Part shown: in pieces, positions 1 to 9,177 of the stretch
Numbering within the stretch: the first letter of the stretch is position 1
Layout of the letters: the number at the start of each line of letters is the position of its first letter
Source: Escherichia phage vB_EcoM_Ozark
Length of the DNA stretch: 64,000 nucleotides
Strand: one strand, 5' to 3'
Sequence record: NC_054927.1
Notes under the pieces: generated by a model
Database searches by the model: none
The model's input: only the letters and a program-made list of their open reading frames with translations
What the model was told of the DNA's origin: nothing
Translations under genes and position numbers: made by a program

Positions 1-11
1 AATTTTCCTTA

Positions 12-2189
12 TTAGGCCGCAAGGGCCTTCATAGTTTTAGCGATTTGGGAAACTTCATCATCACTTAAAGAGTTGCGATAACCGATGAAGTCGGAAACAA
101 TACGGAATTTCTTGGTAAACTCAGCAACCATTTTATCACTATTTTTTGAAGCATTACGTGATAATTCATCAAAGAGATTAGTTACTGTCCAGATATCATG
201 ACCGATGGTATCTTTTCCACCATTGAAATACACACCGCGTAATGAACTAACCATATTACCAAGTCGTGTATATTCTTCAGAAACTTCATCTGTACTGAAG
301 TACTTCATCATAAAATCTAGTTCAGGATACTTGATAATTTTATCAATATATCGTTGAGCTGAACTTGAATAACCTACGTACTTATCATAATCTACATCAT
401 CAAAAGCATCTACATATAAATCACGCAAAGCTTCAAAAATACATTGGCACTGACCGAGTTCTTTTACCTTTTTCTGTAAAAGCGGACGAATAACATAAAA
501 TTCATTAATGCCAATAAGATTAGCCATACGAATCAAAATATTCATAGATGGATGACAAAGTGATGTAGTACCATCCATAGAGAAAATATCAGAACGATGC
601 ATATACGCTACATAACCAGTAATTTCATCTGCTTCTGACGTAAGTGTAAATAATTCCTCTTTTTCCCAACGCCCATCTTTAATTTCAAACTTAAATGCTG
701 TAGCAGCTTTAGGACGAGGAGCTTTACTTTTAACTACCTTTGGAATATAGCTTTTAACTAAAGCTTCAATTTCTGACAAATAATGAATGTTAACTTCATC
801 ACTTTCAAACATTGCCATAATATCAGGTAGTAAATCAATCTGCGATTCTACTTCCGGATTAATAAATAGAAGACGCTCATTGTGATGAATATTTAAAGTG
901 TTATTAAATTCACTATCATCTAGCGCATGTGCTAATCCACGGACAATATTAACACGATTTTTAATATTATCAATAACGATATTAATTTTTGTTGTATTAA
1001 TACCAAACAGACGATAACTTGACGCAACGGCTGATGTTTCATGACTTTGCTTAATGCGCTTCAGTCGAGGGTCAAGATTTACTTCATACACAACTCCTGC
1101 ATTACATAACTTACTGTCAGGTTCAAACATGCTCTGCATTTTCTTATATGACAGATTTTTAGTCGTGAATTTGACTGAATTACTAATCATATAATCTCGA
1201 GCAGAATACCCCATCTTCATCAATTCACGATATGTGTGACGAGGAGATGTAGATTCTTTAAATCGTTTTACATCTTCATTAAATGCTTTCTCACTAAGCT
1301 CTTTAACTCGTTCAATAATATTTTTACGAGTGCGATCATCTAATGAAAGAGCTTCACGTGATGGAGCAATATCAAGTGAACCCATTGGAAATTTAATGTA
1401 ATTCACTTCATTACGAATGCTTAGCCAGTTACGGTCTCTAATAACACCATCGATAGGATAAACAATACCACCATAGATAGCATATAATCCACCACGATCA
1501 GGCCAGTATCTTTCTGGATTTACACCGTAATAGTCATCAAAATCCGGAAAATAATCAATTTCGCGGTCAAGACCATTAATGATAGCCAAATCTTTGAACG
1601 GTCGCATGATATAAGAAACTTCATAAGCAAAGTTTCTAAAGTCTTTTTCTTCAACTGGAACTACGATTTCAATACCAGTTTTATCATCTGGACCCATTTC
1701 TTTCACGAATGTAGGTTTAATTTGTGGACCATCGCCATCCATGTAAGCTACATAACCACGAATTTCACCTTTATGATACGAAGTAATACTAAATGTATCA
1801 GTATAACTAAACGGAGATTTAGAACCTAAACCAAATCCGCCAATGAAATCGTTAGATTCAGCCTTAGATGAACTGAAGTATGAATTATACAAACCAGGAG
1901 AATTATCATCACCCTGAATATCAAAATCACTCATACCCGGACCAAAATCTCGGCAAACAAATCGTGGATCTAAACGTCCAGGAACTTGAATGATAAATTT
2001 TTCAGGATTTCCATTGAGAGCATGGGCATCAATCATGTTGGTAATCAATTCACGGACTACTGCGCGAATTTTGTTTGTATACAAATCAGATGACAGAATT
2101 TTAAATACTTTAGGAGATGCTGTGATGCTAAATGCTTTTGATTTAGAACCATTGCCAAGAATAGTTTCTTTTTCAGTGGTGATAATCAT
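12..2189 (-). CDS. rIIA: rIIA membrane-associated protein (725 aa)
   Basis: 725-aa ORF, size and position match T4 rIIA at start of map; N-terminal GHKL-like ATPase motifs. Confidence 0.9.
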   Translation of the reverse strand: MIITTEKETILGNGSKSKAFSITASPKVFKILSSDLYTNKIRAVVRELITNMIDAHALNGNPEKFIIQVPGRLDPRFVCRDFGPGMSDFDIQGDDNSPGLYNSYFSSSKAESNDFIGGFGLGSKSPFSYTDTFSITSYHKGEIRGYVAYMDGDGPQIKPTFVKEMGPDDKTGIEIVVPVEEKDFRNFAYEVSYIMRPFKDLAIINGLDREIDYFPDFDDYYGVNPERYWPDRGGLYAIYGGIVYPIDGVIRDRNWLSIRNEVNYIKFPMGSLDIAPSREALSLDDRTRKNIIERVKELSEKAFNEDVKRFKESTSPRHTYRELMKMGYSARDYMISNSVKFTTKNLSYKKMQSMFEPDSKLCNAGVVYEVNLDPRLKRIKQSHETSAVASSYRLFGINTTKINIVIDNIKNRVNIVRGLAHALDDSEFNNTLNIHHNERLLFINPEVESQIDLLPDIMAMFESDEVNIHYLSEIEALVKSYIPKVVKSKAPRPKAATAFKFEIKDGRWEKEELFTLTSEADEITGYVAYMHRSDIFSMDGTTSLCHPSMNILIRMANLIGINEFYVIRPLLQKKVKELGQCQCIFEALRDLYVDAFDDVDYDKYVGYSSSAQRYIDKIIKYPELDFMMKYFSTDEVSEEYTRLGNMVSSLRGVYFNGGKDTIGHDIWTVTNLFDELSRNASKNSDKMVAEFTKKFRIVSDFIGYRNSLSDDEVSQIAKTMKALAA

Positions 2190-2199
2190 AATTTCCTCA

Positions 2200-2403
2200 T
2201 TAATTCATATTGCGTTTAATAACTTCAGCAACTTCTAGTAGTTCGTCTTTAGTTGCGGTGTCGGATTGAATTTTATCTCTAATATCTTTAAAGCGGTTTT
2301 TAAATTCTTCGGCTTCTCCCATATCGAAAAAGCGTTGAATGATTCTATATTCTCGATGAACTGCTTTATCAAAAAGTTCTAAATTTACTTTATATGATTT
2401 CAT
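2200..2403 (-). CDS. rIIA.1-like small protein (67 aa)
   Basis: 67-aa ORF directly upstream of rIIA, same strand. Confidence 0.55.
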   Translation of the reverse strand: MKSYKVNLELFDKAVHREYRIIQRFFDMGEAEEFKNRFKDIRDKIQSDTATKDELLEVAEVIKRNMN

Positions 2404-2428
2404 TCCAATATCCTCATTTGCCCAATTA

Positions 2429-2458
2429 ATTATACCACATCCTTGTGGTAAAGTAAAC
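2429..2458 (-). promoter_or_regulatory. T4 early-type promoter (minus strand): GTTTAC -35, 18-nt spacer, TATAAT -10
   Basis: fwd gtaaac 2453-2458 and attata 2429-2434; lies between gene 39 stop and rIIA.1 start. Confidence 0.6.
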
Positions 2459-4278
2459 TACTGGCTCATCCATTCTTTGCGAAGGTCAGCATTATCTCCC
2501 ATGAGCATTTCAAAAAGCTCTTTCCAGTTCTCAGGAAGTTTAACAACATCATATACTGGATTTTGAATCATCTCACGATATTCAGATTTTTCCAAAGAGC
2601 CAAGTCCTTTAATATAACGGATGCTATGTTTAGGTAGAGCATCTTTGGCACTCTCATATTCAGCGACTGTATAAAACCATTCTTGTTTTTTACCGACCTG
2701 AGCGATGATTACAGGAGTTTTGACAAAGCGAATTCGTCCTTGCTCAAACAGTTCTGGCCAATTACTAAAAAATCCAAGAAGAGAAGGATAAATGCTTCCT
2801 AGACCATCATGGTCAGCATCAGTCATAATAGCAATATTATGATAATTCAAGTTTTCAGCTTTTTCACCAAGAACTAATCCAGTGATTGCGCAAATATCAA
2901 ATAGTTCTTTGTTTTTAAGCATATCAGCATATGACATACCCCAACTGTTGAGAACTTTACCACGCAATGGATAACCACCATGAAGTTCTTTATCACGAAC
3001 ATCAATAAGATATCCGATAGCAGAATCACCCTCAGTCAAGAAAAGAGTAGTATCAGCATCTTTACCGCAAAGATTCGCTTTGATATGTTTATGAACTTTA
3101 GCTTTAGAAGCCTTTTTAGCTGCTTTAGTTTCAGCTGCTTTTTCTGCTGCCAATTTACGAGCTAGTGCAGCTTCAATAATTGGCATCAGAATTGCTTCAT
3201 TATTTAGAATAGCGCGTGAAATCTTTTTAGCGTCAAGTTGAATATGACTACGGATTTCACCAAATGGAGAAGTCAAACGCTCTTTAGTTTGAGAATCAAA
3301 TCGCATGTTTTTCATATCACGGACAAACATAACGATAGTCAAACATTCTTTGACACGTGCTTTAGTTACATCAATTTTGAACTTACGTTTGATTTGTGGA
3401 ATAAGGTCTTCACAAATATCATCCATAACACAGTCAATGTGATGGCCACCATTCTTAGTGTGAATGTTATTCACATAAGTTAATTGGCGAAATCCATCCG
3501 GTGAACGACCAACCGCAATAGAACAATTTTCTTGTTCTTGAACAATAGCATGTTCATCATACTGTCGTGCATATTTCTTAAAATTGCCCTGAACCTTTTT
3601 ACCATTAAAGGTAAATTGAATATCAGGATAAACTACTGCAAGTGTCTGGAGACGATCCAGTGTAATGTCAAGATAAACTTGGGACAGCTCATTAGTTTCA
3701 AATGACATAAAATCTGGAATGAAAGTAACACGAGTTCCTTTCCATTTTCCAGGAATAGTTTCCCAGGATTTATTTTCCATGCCATTTGAACAACGAACTA
3801 CAATATTATTTTGACCATCGCCAGTTTCACCGACAAACATCACAGAAAAAATGTTAGTTAAACTAGAACCAACACCATTCATACCACCGGTGACACGTTC
3901 TTTATCATCACCAAAGTTACCACCCGCTTTTGGAATAGTCCAAGCAGCAACTGGACCAGGAATTTCTTCACCGGTAGGTGTTTTAACCATCGCTTGTGGA
4001 ATACCACGACCGTTATCTTCAACTGTTACTTGATTGTTTTTGATAGTAACATTAATTTTATTTGCGAATTTAAACTTAGTACGAATACCTTCATCTACTG
4101 AGTTATCGATAATTTCATCAATAAGCTTAACAAGACCAGGTACATACTGAACACTTTCCCATTTACCAAACAGAAAGCGCTCATGCATTTCATTAGCAGA
4201 AGAGCCAATATACATGCCGCTACGCTTTTTGATATGTTCAATATCGCTCAGAATTTTAATTTCATTCTTAATCATCAC
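2458..4278 (-). CDS. 39: DNA topoisomerase II large (GyrB-like ATPase) subunit, gene 39 fused with gene 60 region (606 aa)
   Basis: GHKL ATPase and TOPRIM-like motifs; continuous 606-aa ORF as in T2-type phages, no mobA or split gene 60. Confidence 0.9.
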   Translation of the reverse strand: MMIKNEIKILSDIEHIKKRSGMYIGSSANEMHERFLFGKWESVQYVPGLVKLIDEIIDNSVDEGIRTKFKFANKINVTIKNNQVTVEDNGRGIPQAMVKTPTGEEIPGPVAAWTIPKAGGNFGDDKERVTGGMNGVGSSLTNIFSVMFVGETGDGQNNIVVRCSNGMENKSWETIPGKWKGTRVTFIPDFMSFETNELSQVYLDITLDRLQTLAVVYPDIQFTFNGKKVQGNFKKYARQYDEHAIVQEQENCSIAVGRSPDGFRQLTYVNNIHTKNGGHHIDCVMDDICEDLIPQIKRKFKIDVTKARVKECLTIVMFVRDMKNMRFDSQTKERLTSPFGEIRSHIQLDAKKISRAILNNEAILMPIIEAALARKLAAEKAAETKAAKKASKAKVHKHIKANLCGKDADTTLFLTEGDSAIGYLIDVRDKELHGGYPLRGKVLNSWGMSYADMLKNKELFDICAITGLVLGEKAENLNYHNIAIMTDADHDGLGSIYPSLLGFFSNWPELFEQGRIRFVKTPVIIAQVGKKQEWFYTVAEYESAKDALPKHSIRYIKGLGSLEKSEYREMIQNPVYDVVKLPENWKELFEMLMGDNADLRKEWMSQ

Positions 4279-4327
4279 TTATCCTCGTTTGGTTTCGGGA
4301 ATATTATACTCCGGTAATCATAAAGCT

Positions 4328-4345
4328 AAAGGCCCGAAGGCCTTT
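4328..4345 (-). terminator. GC stem-loop with UUCG loop on minus-strand RNA (AAAGGCC-UUCG-GGCCUUU)
   Basis: perfect 7-bp stem, 4-nt loop, immediately 3-prime of the 4345..4614 stop. Confidence 0.5.
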
Positions 4346-4614
4346 TATTTAAAACGAATAGTTGAATCCTTAAAGAACAGCCCAGAACATAATGTTCCTT
4401 CTACTTTCTGCCCAGTAGATCCAACAGCACGAAATCCAGTATGTTGGAAATCATTTTCAGAGCAACCGAACCAGTTATATCCAGTGATTTCAATATTCGT
4501 AAAACCACTTGATGATAAAATTTTAGTTGCATTATCAGCATCAGTGCATCCTACTAAAGATACTGCTAATACTAATGCTGCGATAGAACGATTAACATAT
4601 TTCATAATTTTCAC
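4345..4614 (-). CDS. predicted lipoprotein (39.1-like), signal peptide with LVGC lipobox
   Basis: N-terminal hydrophobic signal plus LVGC motif. Confidence 0.5.
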   Translation of the reverse strand: MKIMKYVNRSIAALVLAVSLVGCTDADNATKILSSSGFTNIEITGYNWFGCSENDFQHTGFRAVGSTGQKVEGTLCSGLFFKDSTIRFK

Positions 4615-4982
4615 TTAAATTTAATGGCTTGAAGGAGACTAATAATTCTTAAACGGCTTCTTTCATCTTTAACTGTAAAAGAAAGAGGGTCGCCAGATTT
4701 CATAGTAATAGTGCATTCAAAATCAAAATCTTCTGTGACTTCTTCGAAGAAGTCAAATTCTTCATCATAAATTAGAACACTACTTTGCAGACTGTGGAGA
4801 GTTTTTCCAGCATTTCCAGATGCTGTACCAATCATTGTAACATTATGACCTTTCATATCTTCAACGATAAATTCGTTTGTCAATATTACAGCATTAATAG
4901 AACTATTCCTATTACTAACAGAAAGTAGAAATTTCTGTTCTTCACCTTCACGAATACGATATTTCTTACCAATTTTAAACAT
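4611..4982 (-). CDS. hypothetical protein (123 aa)
   Basis: ORF, ATGA overlap with downstream gene. Confidence 0.45.
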   Translation of the reverse strand: MFKIGKKYRIREGEEQKFLLSVSNRNSSINAVILTNEFIVEDMKGHNVTMIGTASGNAGKTLHSLQSSVLIYDEEFDFFEEVTEDFDFECTITMKSGDPLSFTVKDERSRLRIISLLQAIKFK

Positions 4983-4984
4983 AA

Positions 4985-5161
4985 TTACCCTTTAAGTAAG
5001 TCGTAAAAACCACCATTCACATGCTTAGGAGCAGAAGGCCGACGAGTAGACAGACGATGACATTTAGGGCAAACATCATTTTCTCGTTCAGAAATCTTTT
5101 TAATTTTTTCATATTCATGCCCGCAATCTTCGGATTGGCATTTATAATCATACATTGGCAT
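4985..5161 (-). CDS. small zinc-ribbon protein (58 aa, two CxxC pairs), not in supplied ORF track
   Basis: translated by hand: MPMYDYKCQSEDCGHEYEKIKKISERENDVCPKCHRLSTRRPSAPKHVNGGFYDLLKG. Confidence 0.4.
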   Translation of the reverse strand: MPMYDYKCQSEDCGHEYEKIKKISERENDVCPKCHRLSTRRPSAPKHVNGGFYDLLKG

Positions 5162-5163
5162 AA

Positions 5164-5589
5164 TTATTCCTTAAAATGTGCTTTCAACATCTGATACAAG
5201 GACCATGCATGTTCATTATTTTCAATAGTAACTTTCATGACCGGGAATTCTGTGAAATCTTCTATTTGTTCTTGCTCTTTCTCTTCCTGCTCTTGCTCTT
5301 CGGCTGCCTGGTATGGATTTTCCACTTCATCAAAGAACACAGCTTCGCTCGTTGAAAGCCAGATAAAATCTTCATCCAAAATATCTTTACCAGAAGATAA
5401 CGCCAATTTTCCACTAGATGTCACAAGTTTAGTAGGACGACCAAGATAGTCAATATCTGTAACTCTAAAAGGTTCCATACCAAGACGACGTGCATAAATT
5501 CCGTTTTCAGTATGGTCCTTGATAAAATCTTCTTGAGCTTGTTTATTTTTAAATTGATACCATTTATTAACTTCAAATTTAATAGCCAT
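5164..5589 (-). CDS. goF: goF (comC-alpha)-like acidic protein (141 aa)
   Basis: 141 aa, acidic [12 protein letters not shown] tract; size and position as T4 goF. Confidence 0.45.
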   Translation of the reverse strand: MAIKFEVNKWYQFKNKQAQEDFIKDHTENGIYARRLGMEPFRVTDIDYLGRPTKLVTSSGKLALSSGKDILDEDFIWLSTSEAVFFDEVENPYQAAEEQEQEEKEQEQIEDFTEFPVMKVTIENNEHAWSLYQMLKAHFKE

Positions 5590-5804
5590 TAATAAGTTTC
5601 CTTCCAGTAAGTTGTGCCATCTTCAGTAATTTCACGAAATACACCGTAAATTGGTTGTTTATCACCAACCTTTTCATACACATAAACCGAAGTCAAGTGA
5701 GTAAACTTAACGGTATGTTCTTTTTGAACTACTACCAAATCTGGATCGAATAGTACATCTTCAAATTCGTCATTAGTGCAATTCTGAACAATTTTACGTT
5801 TCAT
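5589..5804 (-). CDS. cef-like small protein (71 aa)
   Basis: 71-aa ORF at the position of T4 cef; assignment by size and position only. Confidence 0.35.
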   Translation of the reverse strand: MKRKIVQNCTNDEFEDVLFDPDLVVVQKEHTVKFTHLTSVYVYEKVGDKQPIYGVFREITEDGTTYWKETY

Positions 5805-5817
5805 TACAATTTCCTCA

Positions 5818-6099
5818 TTAATTGAACAGTGGAGCGATGCGTTTCAGAAGAGTAGCAGCACCTTTAGCGAATTTTACATCATGAAAAACAGTTTCTTCTT
5901 CCGTTACAACACGAGCTTTAATGTTTTCACAATCCCAATTTTTGCGAACAATCTTCAAAAGCTGCAGTAAATCTTTACATTCAGCAATATCGATAACACA
6001 TCCACGAGAATCTTCCATTATCGCACGATAACCGTAAGCCATACCATAATCATTGAAAGATTGCTCGATGATAATTAAATTTTCCATTTTATTCTCCAA
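5818..6099 (-). CDS. hypothetical protein (93 aa)
   Basis: ORF on minus strand. Confidence 0.4.
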   Translation of the reverse strand: MENKMENLIIIEQSFNDYGMAYGYRAIMEDSRGCVIDIAECKDLLQLLKIVRKNWDCENIKARVVTEEETVFHDVKFAKGAATLLKRIAPLFN

Positions 6100-6184
6100 G
6101 TTGTTTTCTGTATCAGTAGTTGATATTGATATAGTACCATAATCAACTACTGATGTATATAGTTTTATGAAAAAATTTTAAACT

Positions 6185-6676
6185 TTATGCATAGCGAGCT
6201 TTGCTATAGTGTTTAATCCAACTTTCAGGAATGACTTTGTATGTTCCTAAAAATACCGCGTTGTATAACTTAACGCCATCTTCTACCCATTGATCAGTAA
6301 TGTATGCACACATAGCGCGAGTACGGTTAACAACACCTTCCTCACCTTCAGTAAATTCAAACTCATAAGGAGCAACGAACTTGATAGCCTGACCGAGTTT
6401 CCACTTAAAGTCTACACCTACATGCGAAGTATCAATCGTTTCAATTCCTTTAGCAGGAACAGCTTTTAAAAACGCAGATTCAAGAAATTTCGCACGAACA
6501 TAGCCAAACTGGGGTTTAGACTTTCCATCTTTAGGAATGATACGCACTTTTACTTCAGAATCTTCATCTTTAACACCGTGTTTAAGCTGAATGCTTACAA
6601 CTTCAACCAATTTTCCTGCTGCTTTAGAACGGGATTTATCAGATACACGAGCTAATTCACCAATATTAATAATCAT
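6185..6676 (-). CDS. motB: MotB-like early protein (163 aa)
   Basis: size and position between cef region and dexA as T4 motB. Confidence 0.45.
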   Translation of the reverse strand: MIINIGELARVSDKSRSKAAGKLVEVVSIQLKHGVKDEDSEVKVRIIPKDGKSKPQFGYVRAKFLESAFLKAVPAKGIETIDTSHVGVDFKWKLGQAIKFVAPYEFEFTEGEEGVVNRTRAMCAYITDQWVEDGVKLYNAVFLGTYKVIPESWIKHYSKARYA

Positions 6677-6720
6677 AGTTATCTCTCACTTGTTAAAAAG
6701 ATTTTATACTCCACAGGACC

Positions 6721-6750
6721 ATTATACTCTGGTCCCAAGAGTTTGTAAAC
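6721..6750 (-). promoter_or_regulatory. T4 early-type promoter (GTTTAC / TATAAT)
   Basis: fwd gtaaac 6745-6750, attata 6721-6726, 18-nt spacer; upstream of 6185..6676. Confidence 0.55.
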
Positions 6751-7124
6751 TAGCTTACACGAACATTAATCACTGCGCTACGAGGAACTACAGAGTATTC
6801 TCCAGCATGAACTACGTTCAGAAGTTCAACGCCATCTTCAATCCACTGATCAGTTACCCAACCGCCGACCGGATTCGCGAATGGACGACGAATGTAAACT
6901 GCCTTACACAACAAATCAGTCGGATCTTCAGGTTTTTCAATTTCTGTCAATAGATTAAAATCTTCTTCATAGATGATAAATGATGATACTATTCCATGAT
7001 AGTTTCTAATTTCCATGTATACTGTACCAATAAGAATTCCGCTATTAACGCTAATAACAGTAAAAGGATACCCATAAGTTACACCAAGAAGGTCCCAAAA
7101 CTTACCATAAGTCGTATTAGACAT
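6750..7124 (-). CDS. paralog of the C-terminal domain of the adjacent MotB-like protein (124 aa)
   Basis: C-terminal alignment with 6185..6676 (TDQW[VI]EDGV.L.N.V..G.Y.V[IV]P). Confidence 0.45.
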   Translation of the reverse strand: MSNTTYGKFWDLLGVTYGYPFTVISVNSGILIGTVYMEIRNYHGIVSSFIIYEEDFNLLTEIEKPEDPTDLLCKAVYIRRPFANPVGGWVTDQWIEDGVELLNVVHAGEYSVVPRSAVINVRVS

Positions 7125-7193
7125 TGTTGATAAATCAATTTTAGGGGATTTTTCAATTTGTAAACAGTATTAATTTTAATCATGATTTTCTCT

Positions 7194-7736
7194 TTAGTCT
7201 AAAGTAATAAAGCCTTTTAATTCAGCATGCGATTTACGGAACATTACTTGATGCCCACCAATGATAACTTGATCATCTGGCACTTCGTATACAGCAAGAT
7301 AAAATCCTTTAGAAGATAATTCTTCACGCTCTTCTCGTGTGAACCATCTCATCATATCATATTCGCTAGCGAAACCAAAATGATAAAGAGCTATAAACCA
7401 TCCGGGAATATAATGATCTACGCCTACATATTCTTCTTTCTCAAAGTTAGTATTAATTGCTATATTAGCATTTTTAACTAATAATTTGTCTTCGTGCGGA
7501 AGAGGAATTCTTTTATTATCATTACTATGATGCATAAAATTAGGTCTGTCATAACCTACGTGTAATAACCACTCTTCGCTCCATGAATCTATTATACTCC
7601 TGTATGGCGTTATTTGAACACAAAGATTTCGACGTATTGTTATAGCATCTTCATAATTAAGAATACTAAAAGATGATTCAACACGATAAATTTTCATTTT
7701 ATTATCCTCAGTAGCTATGGTGTTATAATACCACAA
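7194..7736 (-). CDS. hypothetical protein (180 aa)
   Basis: ORF downstream of dexA. Confidence 0.45.
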   Translation of the reverse strand: MWYYNTIATEDNKMKIYRVESSFSILNYEDAITIRRNLCVQITPYRSIIDSWSEEWLLHVGYDRPNFMHHSNDNKRIPLPHEDKLLVKNANIAINTNFEKEEYVGVDHYIPGWFIALYHFGFASEYDMMRWFTREEREELSSKGFYLAVYEVPDDQVIIGGHQVMFRKSHAELKGFITLD

Positions 7737-7754
7737 CTAACCGAGGAAGTAAAC
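7725..7754 (-). promoter_or_regulatory. T4 early-type promoter (GTTTAC / TATTAT)
   Basis: fwd gtaaac 7749-7754; -10 at 7725-7730. Confidence 0.45.
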
Positions 7755-7760
7755 AACTTT

Positions 7761-8444
7761 TTATCGTTTTGTTGGAAGAGATAGAGGATCGCATTCTTCC
7801 TCTGACGGAGCATCTTCAAGACCCATAGCATATCGCAAAGCATACTTCATCATCAGAATATCTTTCGCACAGTCATGAATAGAATCATGTGCAACGAATC
7901 CATCTAAAGTTCCCTTTGGAAGAGGACATGTGGTCATATCACGAACAAGCAGAAGTGCTTCAATTCTGGTACGAATATCACGCTGATTCCAGAATTTACA
8001 AGGTTCTAACTTAAATGTATCAAGCTCATTCTCGGAAACGCCGTTAAGACGTTGAATATCGCGAATGAGATCGACTAAAATTGGAAAATCAAACGACATT
8101 CCACGGCACCAACCTTGAGATTTCCAAGGATCGATGTTATGTGCATTGATGTAATCATTAAATTTTGCAATACCATCGATAGTGCTTACATCTTCATTGG
8201 ATGGTGCAATATTTTTTCGAGCTTCAGGAGATTGATTCTTCCACCATTCGATAGTGCTTTTAGTAAAAAGACGATGTCCTTTTTGACTTTTTAAATCAAA
8301 TTTGATTTTAATGCCACGTGAAACTAATTCATCAAATGTTTCAACTACTTCTGGATTAGGGTCAAAAGCAATTACAGCTAAATCAATAACCGCTGCTTTT
8401 TCACCACTTCCCATTGTTTCAAAATCTATAATAAAATCAAACAT
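7761..8444 (-). CDS. dexA: exonuclease A (DnaQ-like 3-5 exonuclease), 227 aa
   Basis: N-terminal DFETMG Exo I motif; 227 aa as T4 DexA. Confidence 0.8.
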   Translation of the reverse strand: MFDFIIDFETMGSGEKAAVIDLAVIAFDPNPEVVETFDELVSRGIKIKFDLKSQKGHRLFTKSTIEWWKNQSPEARKNIAPSNEDVSTIDGIAKFNDYINAHNIDPWKSQGWCRGMSFDFPILVDLIRDIQRLNGVSENELDTFKLEPCKFWNQRDIRTRIEALLLVRDMTTCPLPKGTLDGFVAHDSIHDCAKDILMMKYALRYAMGLEDAPSEEECDPLSLPTKR

Positions 8445-8701
8445 TAAATTTTCCTTGCTAAATCGCGAATTTGACCTACAGTATAATCTTGAATATAAAC
8501 TTTATTAATAGGCTCATCAATAAATTTTGCCATAGATTCAATATCTTTTTGTATCTCTTCAAGACTGTATACTATCTTTAAAGCTTTTTCGCGAATAGTA
8601 ATATTTTCAGGACCCTGATTTTCTTCAATGACAGCTTTAACATTTGTCATAAGAGATTTAAATTGGTACCAACTTAATTCAATCATTAATAATCGCCTCA
8701 T
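8444..8701 (-). CDS. small protein, member of tandem paralog set (85 aa)
   Basis: shares LEEI[QE][KR]D[IL]...[IV].DY..G[QE]I motifs with 8679..8939. Confidence 0.4.
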   Translation of the reverse strand: MRRLLMIELSWYQFKSLMTNVKAVIEENQGPENITIREKALKIVYSLEEIQKDIESMAKFIDEPINKVYIQDYTVGQIRDLARKI

Positions 8702-8939
8702 AAAGATAGCTAATTTCGCCTAAAACATAATCATTAATTGTAACAGTTTTCACTTCACCGCAAAAGAATTCTAACGCAATTAAATCTCGTTCAATTTCTT
8801 CTAATTGAAGCATCAACTTACTAGATTCAATTTTTACAGTTTCACGATTTTTACCATGAGCAATTTCATAAATTTCGCTAACTTTATCCTGAAGAAGATA
8901 AAACTGATCTTTAGTTATTTCCACGAATAGCTTCCTCAA
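8679..8939 (-). CDS. small protein, member of tandem paralog set (86 aa)
   Basis: paralog of 8444..8701. Confidence 0.4.
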   Translation of the reverse strand: MRKLFVEITKDQFYLLQDKVSEIYEIAHGKNRETVKIESSKLMLQLEEIERDLIALEFFCGEVKTVTINDYVLGEISYLYEAIIND

Positions 8940-9171
8940 ATTTAATTAGTAATTTACAGACACTTTCATCTAGTGTAATTACCGTATCTGTATTACTGTG
9001 ATATGATTGTTTTTCAATTCGTTTAATTGCTAATATAGTATCACTTATAAGATAAAGCTTATGAAGGAGCTCAGCTCCTGTTACCATAACATTAAGATTA
9101 TCTTGCTTATTAGTATGCTTCCTTATACCATCTATTAGACGATTTAAATATTTTGAATTGATGTTAATCAT
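8911..9171 (-). CDS. small protein (86 aa)
   Basis: ORF between dexA and dda. Confidence 0.4.
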   Translation of the reverse strand: MININSKYLNRLIDGIRKHTNKQDNLNVMVTGAELLHKLYLISDTILAIKRIEKQSYHSNTDTVITLDESVCKLLIKFEEAIRGNN

Positions 9172-9177
9172 ATATCC

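Noticed and set aside
15-30. GC hairpin aggcc-gcaag-ggcct near the window start
   Set aside because: Lies inside the rIIA coding sequence, not downstream of it; likely coincidental.
1990-4618. Plus-strand ORFs (1990..2238, 2980..3165, 3238..3483, 3851..4033, 4214..4618) inside rIIA and gene 39
   Set aside because: Antisense shadow ORFs within well-supported minus-strand genes; low-complexity translations and no RBS.
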